Below, in pieces: positions 8,913 to 19,323 of a stretch of 64,000 nucleotides of DNA. Position 1 is the stretch's first letter, and the number at the start of each line of letters is the position of its first letter. Made by a program: the position numbers and the translations under genes. Source of the DNA: Planctomycetota bacterium (lineage in GTDB: Bacteria; Planctomycetota; UBA11346); assembly GCA_038231435.1 (NCBI GenBank), contig JBBRLJ010000003.1, positions 32,001 through 96,000 on the forward strand, read 5' to 3'. The notes beneath the pieces were generated by a model. That model ran no database searches and was not told where the DNA came from. It saw only the letters and a list, made by a program, of their open reading frames with translations.

Positions 8913-11900
8913 TCACTTGGCGGCCTTCAGCTGCGGTTCCAGCACCTTCTTCATGAATTCGTATTCCTCGGTGAAGGCCGGATCGTCCTTGAACTCGGTG
9001 GCCGCGACCTCGGCGACGTACAGCGCCTGCTTCGGCCCGCCGTTCAGTGCCGCCCGCCAGGCGATCCAGAAATACTTCGGCTTGTAGTTGACCTCCTCCT
9101 TCCAGATCGCGATCACCTGCTTGTACCAGTCCATCGGCAGGAAGCGCGCGGTGTCGCCCAGCCACTGCGCGGTGTCATCGCGCAGGCGCTTGTCGTTCTT
9201 CTCGACGACGAAGTGCAGGCGCTCGCGCACGATCTTGGGATCCTGGGCGACGAGCGCGGTGATCAGGCGGCCGAGGTGGTACTCGGACTCGATCTGCGGA
9301 TGCTCGATGTCGAGCTTCTTGCACGCGTCCATCGCCTCCTCGAGATGCTTGCCGAGAGCCGCGACTTCGGCCGGATCGAGCGCTGTCTTATCCTTCCCGA
9401 ACAGCTCGGTCAGGCGCGAGAACCAGAACGGCACCGAGATGCGGATCCACGGCAGATCGAGGTTCAGCTGCGCGAGGCCGCCGATGCGCTTGTCATGATC
9501 GTGCTCACCGCTCTTCGGTATCTCGGCGCCTTCGAGCAGGGCCAGGAAGCGGTCTTTCTGGTGGACGGTGCCGTCCTTGGCGGTGACCGATTCCTTGCCC
9601 AGGATGGCGGCGTAGTACTGGCCGGCCGAGGCGTAGCGCATCATCGCCTCGTCAGGCTCGTCGATGTCGCGGAAGGCGATGGTGTTCAGCCACAATTGGA
9701 CACTCTTCGCCAGCTCCTTCAGGGTCGGATCGTTCGGCAGCGCGTCCTGCCCGGCGCTCTTGAGCGTCGCGATGCCGACGGCCGAGAACATCTGGGTCAG
9801 GCGGCGAAGCTGCTGGAACTGGCCGGACTGCTCCCAGGCCTCCTTGCTGAACTCCGCGCTCTCGAGCCACTCACTGATGCGCTCGATGCGCGATGACATC
9901 GCCTTGAGCATGGTGTCCTTGACGGTGCGCAGGGCCAGATCGTCGAGGTGGCCGTTGAGTGCTGTGGCCAGCTCGACTCCGAGCTGCACCGCCGAAAGAC
10001 CGAGCTTGTCCTTCAGCGCCGGCAGCTGCTTGTCCAGGACGTCCAGGGTCTGCGCCCGCGCCTCGTCGAGCTTGCCGGCCTCGATCAGGTGCTGGATGAG
10101 CTCGACGTTCATGTACAGCTTGCTGGTCGGCTCGGCCTCGGGTGTCCGCTCGATCGCCCAGCGGTGGTACTGCGCGGCCAGGTCGTACTGGCCGGTGTAC
10201 GAATAGAGGCCAGAGAGCTCGCGGTAGTTGGCGTTGTCCTGGTCGCCGTCGGCGATCAGCTTGAGCATCTTGCTGATGCCGCGCTGGTAGGTCTGGAAAT
10301 GCCAGTCCTTCTGCACGTCGATCATCACCCGCGCGTATTCCGGCTCGGCGAAGATGCGGTAGCTCAGGCGCCAGGCCGAGCGGGTGTTCTCGCCTGAGAA
10401 GCGCAGCAAGAGGCCCAGCCCATTGGGATCGAAGGTTTCGCTCTCATCGAAATTCTTGTAGGCCTTCTCGAGCGCGTGTTTCAGGTCGGCGTCGACGAAC
10501 TCCATCGCCGGACCGGTCTGGAGGATGTAAACGTGCCACTGGCTGTCCTCCTTCTTGTCGGCCCATGCTAGCGCGGCGTGTTGCGGCAGGCTGATGACAT
10601 GCGCGGTGCGGCCTTGGCGCTCGGCGATCGCCTGGTAGAGCTCCGAGAGGTCGTCACAGTCGCCGCGAACCATGCCGCCAGTGGCGGTCGAGATGGTCTG
10701 GACGGACGTCTGGTGGATATCGCCCTTGTCGCGCTTGTTGCCGATCAGGTATGGGAAGCGGCTGTCTGGGCTGTCGTACACGTAGGTGAAGAGGAACTCG
10801 CCCACCAGATCGAGATGGGCTGGATCGGGCAGCGCCTGGGCGGCCTGGGTCAGGAACCGCTCGGCTTCCTCGGGCGAGCCGTTCTTCGGGGCGAGCAACT
10901 CGCCGCCCTCGCTCTCGATGCCGAGGATGTCGCCGTTTAATCCGACGAGCACGATGTTCGGCGGAATGAAATCGGCGACCACGTTCTTGGTCGCGCCCTT
11001 GCCGCGGCCAGGCACGTTCTTCCGCCATTCGTCCTTGTCCGCGATGAACGCGCCGCCGGCCTTCCAGGTGGCCAGCAGCTGGCCGCTGTGACTCTGATAG
11101 AGCCTGGCTCCGAGCGGGGACTTCGGCGTGGCGGCGGGGTCGGAGCCCGGTGGCAGGTCGATCACGACGTTCATGTCCGGGATCGAATGGTACATCGGCT
11201 GCGGCTGGGGCCGCATGACGGCGCTGCGCGCGGGAGTGGAGAGGATCCAACCGCCATAGCCAAATGCGTTGGTCACCTTGGCCAGCCGCATCGGCTTGCC
11301 TTCGCTCGTTCCTTCGAAGAGATCGGCTGGCTGGAAGCGCTCGGCTTCGGTGATCGCCGACTGCAGGCTCTCGATCTGCGCCTTGTGCTTCTCCGAGAAC
11401 ACGCCACCCAACCAGCCGAAACGCGACACGCGTCGCGCGAACGCGGGACTTACCTCGTCAAGGTCGATGTTGCCCTCGTCATTGCCCATGCGCTTGAGCA
11501 CGTCCTCGACGGTCTTGCGCCCCAGTTCGTCGAGGGGCGTGTTGGGCAGCTCCTTGACCAGGACCTGGACGGCGGCGGCGACCTTGGCCTTGTCCTCGCC
11601 GCGATCGGCTGGCTTGGCCGTGGACTTCTTGAGCACGCCCTCCTCGAGCACCAGCGCCGACGCCGAGCGCAGATGGTAGCCGGCGATGATGCTCTCGGCG
11701 AGCAGCAGGTCGGCAGCCTGGAGACCGGCTTCCTTGGCGTGCGCGATCAACTTTGGCAGCGCCGCGACGGCATCGACGCGGTTGTCCTCGAGCAGCTTGC
11801 GCGTCACTGGCAGGCGGCCGATGTCGGTCTCGAGCACCGGACGGTCGCTGAAGATCACCGGCGCGAATCGGTACGAGGCACCCTTGCCGTCCTCCCAGTA

Positions 11901-12134
11901 GACCTTGTCCTCGCGCTTGACCACGCTGGCCACCGAGGGCAGCTGGTTCAACAGCTGGTCGACACCGATGCCGGCGTCGGTGGCCGCGCCGGGAGTGGCT
12001 GGAGCCACCGGCGATACCGGTCCGGCGGGTTCCGGATTGGGGGCCTGCTCCACGGCGTGGGTCGATAGCGCCGAAAAGGCCGCGAGGAGCGTGGCGAGGA
12101 CAGCCGGCAAGATCTTCCGGGGCACGGTCTTCAT
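8913..12134 (-). CDS. Large secreted protein with a transglutaminase-like Cys motif and TPR/helical C-terminus, function unknown
   Basis: Signal peptide, strongly biased codon usage, GDCDD...LPQHAALAW motif, and TPR-like NYRELSGLYSYTGQYDLAAQYHRWAIERTP. Confidence 0.7.
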   Translation of the reverse strand: MKTVPRKILPAVLATLLAAFSALSTHAVEQAPNPEPAGPVSPVAPATPGAATDAGIGVDQLLNQLPSVASVVKREDKVYWEDGKGASYRFAPVIFSDRPVLETDIGRLPVTRKLLEDNRVDAVAALPKLIAHAKEAGLQAADLLLAESIIAGYHLRSASALVLEEGVLKKSTAKPADRGEDKAKVAAAVQVLVKELPNTPLDELGRKTVEDVLKRMGNDEGNIDLDEVSPAFARRVSRFGWLGGVFSEKHKAQIESLQSAITEAERFQPADLFEGTSEGKPMRLAKVTNAFGYGGWILSTPARSAVMRPQPQPMYHSIPDMNVVIDLPPGSDPAATPKSPLGARLYQSHSGQLLATWKAGGAFIADKDEWRKNVPGRGKGATKNVVADFIPPNIVLVGLNGDILGIESEGGELLAPKNGSPEEAERFLTQAAQALPDPAHLDLVGEFLFTYVYDSPDSRFPYLIGNKRDKGDIHQTSVQTISTATGGMVRGDCDDLSELYQAIAERQGRTAHVISLPQHAALAWADKKEDSQWHVYILQTGPAMEFVDADLKHALEKAYKNFDESETFDPNGLGLLLRFSGENTRSAWRLSYRIFAEPEYARVMIDVQKDWHFQTYQRGISKMLKLIADGDQDNANYRELSGLYSYTGQYDLAAQYHRWAIERTPEAEPTSKLYMNVELIQHLIEAGKLDEARAQTLDVLDKQLPALKDKLGLSAVQLGVELATALNGHLDDLALRTVKDTMLKAMSSRIERISEWLESAEFSKEAWEQSGQFQQLRRLTQMFSAVGIATLKSAGQDALPNDPTLKELAKSVQLWLNTIAFRDIDEPDEAMMRYASAGQYYAAILGKESVTAKDGTVHQKDRFLALLEGAEIPKSGEHDHDKRIGGLAQLNLDLPWIRISVPFWFSRLTELFGKDKTALDPAEVAALGKHLEEAMDACKKLDIEHPQIESEYHLGRLITALVAQDPKIVRERLHFVVEKNDKRLRDDTAQWLGDTARFLPMDWYKQVIAIWKEEVNYKPKYFWIAWRAALNGGPKQALYVAEVAATEFKDDPAFTEEYEFMKKVLEPQLKAAK

Positions 12135-12481
12135 GGCTTCTTCTTCGTATTCATGGCTGGAGGTACGAGGCTGTAAGGGTTACCGTCAGGCGTGGATGCG
12201 CTGACGATCGCTGCGGGTTGAGGCGGTCAAGACGCGCGCCTGGCAGCTTCGGCGACCCCGCTGCGACGGCATGGGTCCAACGTCCCCTCCTCTGGGTGGT
12301 TCGGAAGTCAGAAAGGGTGACGTCGCTGCCGGCAGAGGCTTTCATATGTGGCGAATGCCGCTATGAATGTCCTCCCCAAAAAATTCCCGACCAATCCCGA
12401 CAACATCCCGATCCAGGCCCCCGACGGCGATCCAGCTGTTCCAACAGCGCCATCAGCCCCAGATCGCAACCAGAGATCCCC

Positions 12482-14365
<1,884 letters not shown>

Positions 14366-14392
14366 TTCCGTCCGGCGCCGTTCCGGGGTTTC

Positions 14393-14428
14393 GCGATGGG
14401 AGGGCGCTCGAAAGCGCCCTCCCATCGC
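14393..14428 (+). terminator. Strong hairpin after typA (terminator or mRNA-stabilising stem)
   Basis: Perfect 16-bp stem GCGATGGGAGGGCGCT-CGAA-AGCGCCCTCCCATCGC; only a weak U tract follows. Confidence 0.6.
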
Positions 14429-14481
14429 TGTTCCGGGTGATGCCCGCTTTCCCGCGAGTCGCGGGCAGCGAAGCTGTAGCC

Positions 14482-15702
14482 ATGGCCACCTCGACGGCAC
14501 ACGTCCCGATGCGGGCGATCACCAAGGGGCCGCGCCACCATTGGTTCGGTTATTACGACAAATGGCAGATCAATCCCTCGGGCAGATACGTGCTCGGAAT
14601 GGCGGTCGATTTCGAGCACCGCTCGCCGCGCGCGGACGATGTCATCGAGATCGGCATGGTCGATCTGCGCGATGGCGACCGCTGGATCCGGTTGGGTGTC
14701 AGCCGTGCGTGGTCCTGGCAGCAGGGCTGCATGCTTCAGTGGCTCCCGGGATCGGCGAGCACGGTGGTGTGGAACGACCGCGTCGACGATCGTTTCGTCT
14801 GCCATGTCGTCGACGTCGCGGGAGAGGCCACTGGCGGCGCCGCCAGCGGTGGGAAGGCGGGGACCCGCCGCACGCTCCCCGCACCGATCTACGCGCTCAG
14901 CCCCGACGGACGCACCGCGGTATCGCCGGACTTCCGCCGCCTGAACGACACCCGCCCCGGCTACGGCTACGCCGGCCTGCCCGATCCGCGCCGCGACCTG
15001 GACGCGCCGACGGACACCGGCATCACCATCATGGACATGGCGACCGGCGCGCACCGACTGCTGATCCCGTTCTCGCGCGTCGCCGCCATGCCCTGCGCCC
15101 GCCACGACGTGGCCGGAAAGCATTGGTTCAACCACCTGCTCTTCAACCCCGACGGATCGCGCTTCATCTTCCTGAATCGTTGGCGGAACGCCCAGACCGG
15201 CGAGGGCTGGCGCACGCGCATGTTCACCGCCGCCGCCGACGGCAGCGACATCCGGCTGGTCGACGACTACGGCGGGGTCTCGCACTTCATCTGGCGCGAC
15301 CCGCGGCACATCCTCTCGTGGGCGTACGCCCGGCCCGAGGGCGATGGCTTCTTCCTCTACGACATCGACAGCGGCGGGGCGGAACTGGTCGACAAGGAGG
15401 CGATGCCGGTTGACGGTCACTGCACCTATCTGCCCGAAACATCGGCAAGCCCGCGATGGATCCTGAACGATTGCTATCCCGGCAAGGATCGGCTGCAGCG
15501 CATCTACATCTACCATGTCCCGAGCCGACGCCGGCTGCCGGTCGCCGATCTGCATGCGCCGCCTGGGTACGATGGCGAGTGGCGCTGCGACACCCATCCG
15601 CGCACCAGCCGCGACGGTGCCACGGTGGTGGTCGATTCCGCCCATGGCGGGAACGGACGGCAGCTGTATCTGCTCGACATCTCCGCGCTGCTCGAGTCCT
15701 GA
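14482..15702 (+). CDS. Beta-propeller protein (TolB-like / oligogalacturonate-lyase-like), no signal peptide
   Basis: Repeated blade motifs NPSGRY, SPDGRT, NPDGSRF, SRDGAT. Also HHWFGYYD, WSWQQG, WFNHLLF and C-terminal RCDTHPR. Confidence 0.65.
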   Translation: MATSTAHVPMRAITKGPRHHWFGYYDKWQINPSGRYVLGMAVDFEHRSPRADDVIEIGMVDLRDGDRWIRLGVSRAWSWQQGCMLQWLPGSASTVVWNDRVDDRFVCHVVDVAGEATGGAASGGKAGTRRTLPAPIYALSPDGRTAVSPDFRRLNDTRPGYGYAGLPDPRRDLDAPTDTGITIMDMATGAHRLLIPFSRVAAMPCARHDVAGKHWFNHLLFNPDGSRFIFLNRWRNAQTGEGWRTRMFTAAADGSDIRLVDDYGGVSHFIWRDPRHILSWAYARPEGDGFFLYDIDSGGAELVDKEAMPVDGHCTYLPETSASPRWILNDCYPGKDRLQRIYIYHVPSRRRLPVADLHAPPGYDGEWRCDTHPRTSRDGATVVVDSAHGGNGRQLYLLDISALLES

Positions 15703-15736
15703 ACGGCGCCGTCTGGCGCGCCGCGCCGACCCCGCG

Positions 15737-17089
15737 CTAGGGACCTTCGATCTTCACCACCAGGGCGGTGATGTCGTCGGCGAAGCCGTCGAGCGCATGC
15801 GCGCGCACGCCATCGATCATGCGCGTGATCACCGCAGCGGGGGCCTCATCCATCGCCATCAGCAGATCGCCCATGAATCGGCGGCGTCCGTATTCGCTTC
15901 CCGCCGGGTCAGCCGCCTCGAACAGGCCGTCTGTGAACTGCAGGAATGTGTCGCCGCCCTGCAGCTGCAACGTGTGCGGCTCGATGTTGGCGCGGAACAT
16001 TTCCCCTTTCATCAGGCCGATCGCCGGACCGGGCGTGCCCACCTGCATCAGGATCGATCGCCGGCGTGGATTCGCGAGCACGCCGGGGTGGTGGCCGGCG
16101 CAGACGCTGGTCATGACCTTGGTCTCGAGGTCGATGACCGCAGCGAACATGGTGATGAAGTACGAGGTATGCAGATCGTCGTGCACGTCGTCGTTGAAGC
16201 GACCCACGATCTCGGCGCAGGTGCCACCCTCGCGCACGGCGTGGCGGAGCGACTTGATGGTCGAAGCGACGATCATCGCCGCGCTGGTGTCGTGGCCGCT
16301 GACATCGCCCACCGCCAGGAACAGCGCAGACGTGCCTACCGGCACCAACTCGTAGAAGTCTCCGCCGACCAGGGAATGCGGCTCGTAATGCACGGCGATT
16401 GGAAAGCCCGGTATCTCGGGAATGCGCGGCAGCAGCTTCTCGATGACCGCCTTGGCGTGGGTCATGTCGATGACCGGCTCGGTCGAGACCGACGCAGGCG
16501 CGGACGCGGCCGGACGCGGCTCGGCGAGGGCGCTCGCGATCGGTGCGAAACAGCCGCTCGGAGAGACGGCTAGCGCGGCCTCCGTGACAAGGCGCGCCAG
16601 TTCAGCCTCGTCGAGCATCTCGAGCCTCGGCAGATGGGCATGCGCGAGCACCTGCGCCATCGAGCGCACGGTCGCCGCGTCCACCTTGCCGCCAGGAAGC
16701 GGGATGCCCCGGGTCCACCGGCCGTCGAACGGATTGAGCCATTGCCCATCCTTGCGGAAGATGCGCAGCCTGCCGTCCTTGGCGATCCTGCCCTTGAGCA
16801 GATGGGCCCAGCGGAACGCCTCGATCTCGGGCGCGGTGCGCAGCGCGAACTTCATCCACGGACGGTTCTGCAGCAGATGTTCGCGTCCCGGCGAACGGTC
16901 GCCGAAGGCAGCCTTGACCACCGTGCCGGTGAACGGATCGATCCAGTGTCCACGGTCCAAGGTCCACACCGAGAACAAGGGATCCTCGGCTAGCCATTCG
17001 TCCACACGACGTTCCTCGGCAATCGGGGACGCGCCGGACGCGGAGATGGTCGGAGGCGTCGGATGTCGTCGTGGCGGTGGGCGGTTCAT
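15737..17089 (-). CDS. PP2C/SpoIIE (RsbU-like) Ser/Thr phosphatase with an uncharacterised N-terminal domain
   Basis: VGGDFY, AVGDVSGH, FITMF, CAGH, FTDGLFEA and DDIT motifs. Confidence 0.88.
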   Translation of the reverse strand: MNRPPPRRHPTPPTISASGASPIAEERRVDEWLAEDPLFSVWTLDRGHWIDPFTGTVVKAAFGDRSPGREHLLQNRPWMKFALRTAPEIEAFRWAHLLKGRIAKDGRLRIFRKDGQWLNPFDGRWTRGIPLPGGKVDAATVRSMAQVLAHAHLPRLEMLDEAELARLVTEAALAVSPSGCFAPIASALAEPRPAASAPASVSTEPVIDMTHAKAVIEKLLPRIPEIPGFPIAVHYEPHSLVGGDFYELVPVGTSALFLAVGDVSGHDTSAAMIVASTIKSLRHAVREGGTCAEIVGRFNDDVHDDLHTSYFITMFAAVIDLETKVMTSVCAGHHPGVLANPRRRSILMQVGTPGPAIGLMKGEMFRANIEPHTLQLQGGDTFLQFTDGLFEAADPAGSEYGRRRFMGDLLMAMDEAPAAVITRMIDGVRAHALDGFADDITALVVKIEGP

Positions 17090-17218
17090 GGGGAGCCGGT
17101 AGCCGGCTATCCTAATGATACCATGGATTCGCAACGATATGCCCCCCATTCAACCCGCAGCGAACCGACCGGCGAGGCAAGGTTCGGGTAAACCCTGGGC
17201 CCGGATGTCCTCGTTCAA

Positions 17219-17498
17219 CCATGGCGAAGCCATCCGGCCGCCGAGCCCCGGTTTGCGTGAACAATGGGCGAAGCCCATCACGCAAACGTCGTGGCCGCCT
17301 GGCGGACAAGACGAAGGGCGACAAAGGCCGTGGGGGACCGGGGGCGGAGCCCCCGTGTATGCCATGGCGAAGCCATGCGGCCGCCGAGCCCTGATTTGCG
17401 TGAACAATGGGCGAAGCCCATCACGCAAACGTCGTGGCCGCCTGGCGGACAAGACGAAGGGCGACAAAGGCCGTGGGGGACCGGGGGCGGAGCCCCCG
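17219..17498. repeat. Tandem duplication of a 137-bp structured REP-like element (period 143 bp)
   Basis: Copies at 17219-17355 and 17362-17498 differ at 3 positions by my reading. The right end CGACAAAG.CCGTGGGGG.CCGGGGGC..AGCCCCCG is shared with 53781-53817. Confidence 0.92.
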
Positions 17499-17501
17499 CA
17501 A

Positions 17502-18326
17502 TCAATGCCGACGTCTGAAAGCCTCAGGAGACTCCCCGACCAGCTGTTTGAACTGCGCCGAGAAGGCGTACGGGTTGGGGTATCCGAGTTCCTCGGCGAC
17601 CGCCTTGATCGGCAGGTCGCGCGTCTGCAGCAACGCCCGCGCGCGATCGATGCGCCTGCGGATGCGGTACTCGCCTGGGGACACGCCCATCAATTCGCGG
17701 AAGACCTTGCGGAAGCGCTCGTAGCTCATGCGCAGCTCCGTGGCGAGCGACTCGAGCGACAGGCGCGGGTCCTCGACCAGGCGGCGGCAGGCGCGATCGA
17801 TCAGAACGCGGTATGGATCGGAGCCATCGCGCGCCTGCTCGCGGGTGACCAGATCGACCAGCAGGTCGAGCAGCTTCACCAGATGCCGCGGCAATTCGCG
17901 CTCGTCGGCGTCGCGAATGCCGGCCACCAGACGGTTCAGATCATCGATCACCGCAAGATCGATTCCCGGCTGCTGCACTGGCCGGCGCGGATCGAGTACG
18001 CCGAGCTCGACCAAGGTGGCCGCCATGCTCGGCGTGACCACCATCCAGCATTCGGCCCAGTTGCAGCCTGCGTCGAACCTGACGGTGTGGCGGGTGCCGA
18101 GGAAGCGGTGGAAGATCGATCCGACGCGCAACGGCCATTCATTGCCCGCGTCGTCGCGGAAGGTGCCGCTGCCGCGCAGGCAGTACACCGCCGAGTATTC
18201 GTTCGGCTGCATCTGGTCCGCGTCGAGGATCCTGCCTGGCTTGACCAGGAATCCGCAGCCGATGCGCCCGGTGTTGCGCGACGGTCCCATGGTACGGTAG
18301 GCGGTGTCGTTGCGTAGCAACGCCAT
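17502..18326 (-). CDS. AraC-family transcriptional regulator
   Basis: N-terminal cupin-like region. C-terminal LATELRMSYERFRKVF...GVSPGEY...RARALL...IKAVAEELGYPNPYAFSAQFKQLVGESP. Start uncertain (alternative 18371). Confidence 0.9.
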   Translation of the reverse strand: MALLRNDTAYRTMGPSRNTGRIGCGFLVKPGRILDADQMQPNEYSAVYCLRGSGTFRDDAGNEWPLRVGSIFHRFLGTRHTVRFDAGCNWAECWMVVTPSMAATLVELGVLDPRRPVQQPGIDLAVIDDLNRLVAGIRDADERELPRHLVKLLDLLVDLVTREQARDGSDPYRVLIDRACRRLVEDPRLSLESLATELRMSYERFRKVFRELMGVSPGEYRIRRRIDRARALLQTRDLPIKAVAEELGYPNPYAFSAQFKQLVGESPEAFRRRH

Positions 18327-18456
18327 GGGCACCTGCGACTGCGACGATGGCGTGGCGCCGGCGCGGCTCATGCCCGCAGGGTATCCTCGAGCCGCCCGGC
18401 CACACCCCGGAAAGCGCCGCCCGTTGGCGCCAGCCCATGGGCGGGTACCGTGCCGC

Positions 18457-19251
18457 ATGAGCCGAGACACACCGGTGGCGAAGCGACGCGCGTCCGCCCG
18501 CTTCTTGTTCGCGCAGATCGGCGAGGCGCGCGCCGGAGCAACGGTCGAGAGCCACAGTCACCCGTTCTGGCAACTCGAATACCTGACCGCCGGGCGCGCC
18601 GTGGTCAGCCTCCGCGGCGGAGACGTCCCTCTCGCGCGCGGCTCGGTGTTGCTCATCCCTCCCGACGCCGAGCACGGTTTCGCGTACGCCGCCGCGGGCA
18701 CGGCGTGGCTGTCGATCAAGTTCTCGGCCGACGGCTTCGACGCTCGCGCCGCGGGCCTGGTGCGTACCGCCGAAGCCGTCCCCCTCGCGGATACCCTGCT
18801 TCAGTGGTGCGCGGATGGGGCGCCGGCCGCACATGCGCGCGAGCCGCTCGACCACCTGCTGAGTGCCATGCTCGAGCTGGGAGCGCGGCCAGCCCCGCGC
18901 AGCGAGCGCCAGCCCACGGTGGCGGAACGCGTGCGCGCGCTCATCGACGGCCACGAAGGCCAGGCCTGGACCGTCGCGGGCGTGGCACGCGCGCTGCGCT
19001 ATTCGCCCGGCCATTGCTCGGCGGCGTTTCGCGCCGAGAGCGGCCTGCCACTGAAGACCTACCTCGATCGTGCCCGCGCCGACCATGCCGCGCGCATGCT
19101 CACCTATTCGGATCTCGGCATCGGCGAGATCGCCGCGCTGATGGGCTTCGCCGATCCCTTCGTGTTCTCGCGCTTCTTCTCGCGCGTGCGGCGGCGTAGC
19201 CCCAGTGCGTTCCGCGCCCGGGCCCGCGGCGAGGCGCCGGCACACCGTTGA
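18457..19251 (+). CDS. AraC-family transcriptional regulator (divergent from the previous one)
   Basis: Cupin HSHPFWQLEY...IPPDAEH. HTH IGEIAALMGFADPFVFSRFFSR...SPSAFR. Confidence 0.9.
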   Translation: MSRDTPVAKRRASARFLFAQIGEARAGATVESHSHPFWQLEYLTAGRAVVSLRGGDVPLARGSVLLIPPDAEHGFAYAAAGTAWLSIKFSADGFDARAAGLVRTAEAVPLADTLLQWCADGAPAAHAREPLDHLLSAMLELGARPAPRSERQPTVAERVRALIDGHEGQAWTVAGVARALRYSPGHCSAAFRAESGLPLKTYLDRARADHAARMLTYSDLGIGEIAALMGFADPFVFSRFFSRVRRRSPSAFRARARGEAPAHR

Positions 19252-19323
19252 AATCGACATGCGCTCCGTCGATCATGCCATGGGCGATCGACGCCGACGC
19301 TCATGCTGGCGGTCGAGGCACCC

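Noticed and set aside
17219..17498. CRISPR array or small protein-coding repeat
   Set aside because: Whole 137-bp units are duplicated with no unique spacers. The ORFs across it are in several frames with no protein-like features.
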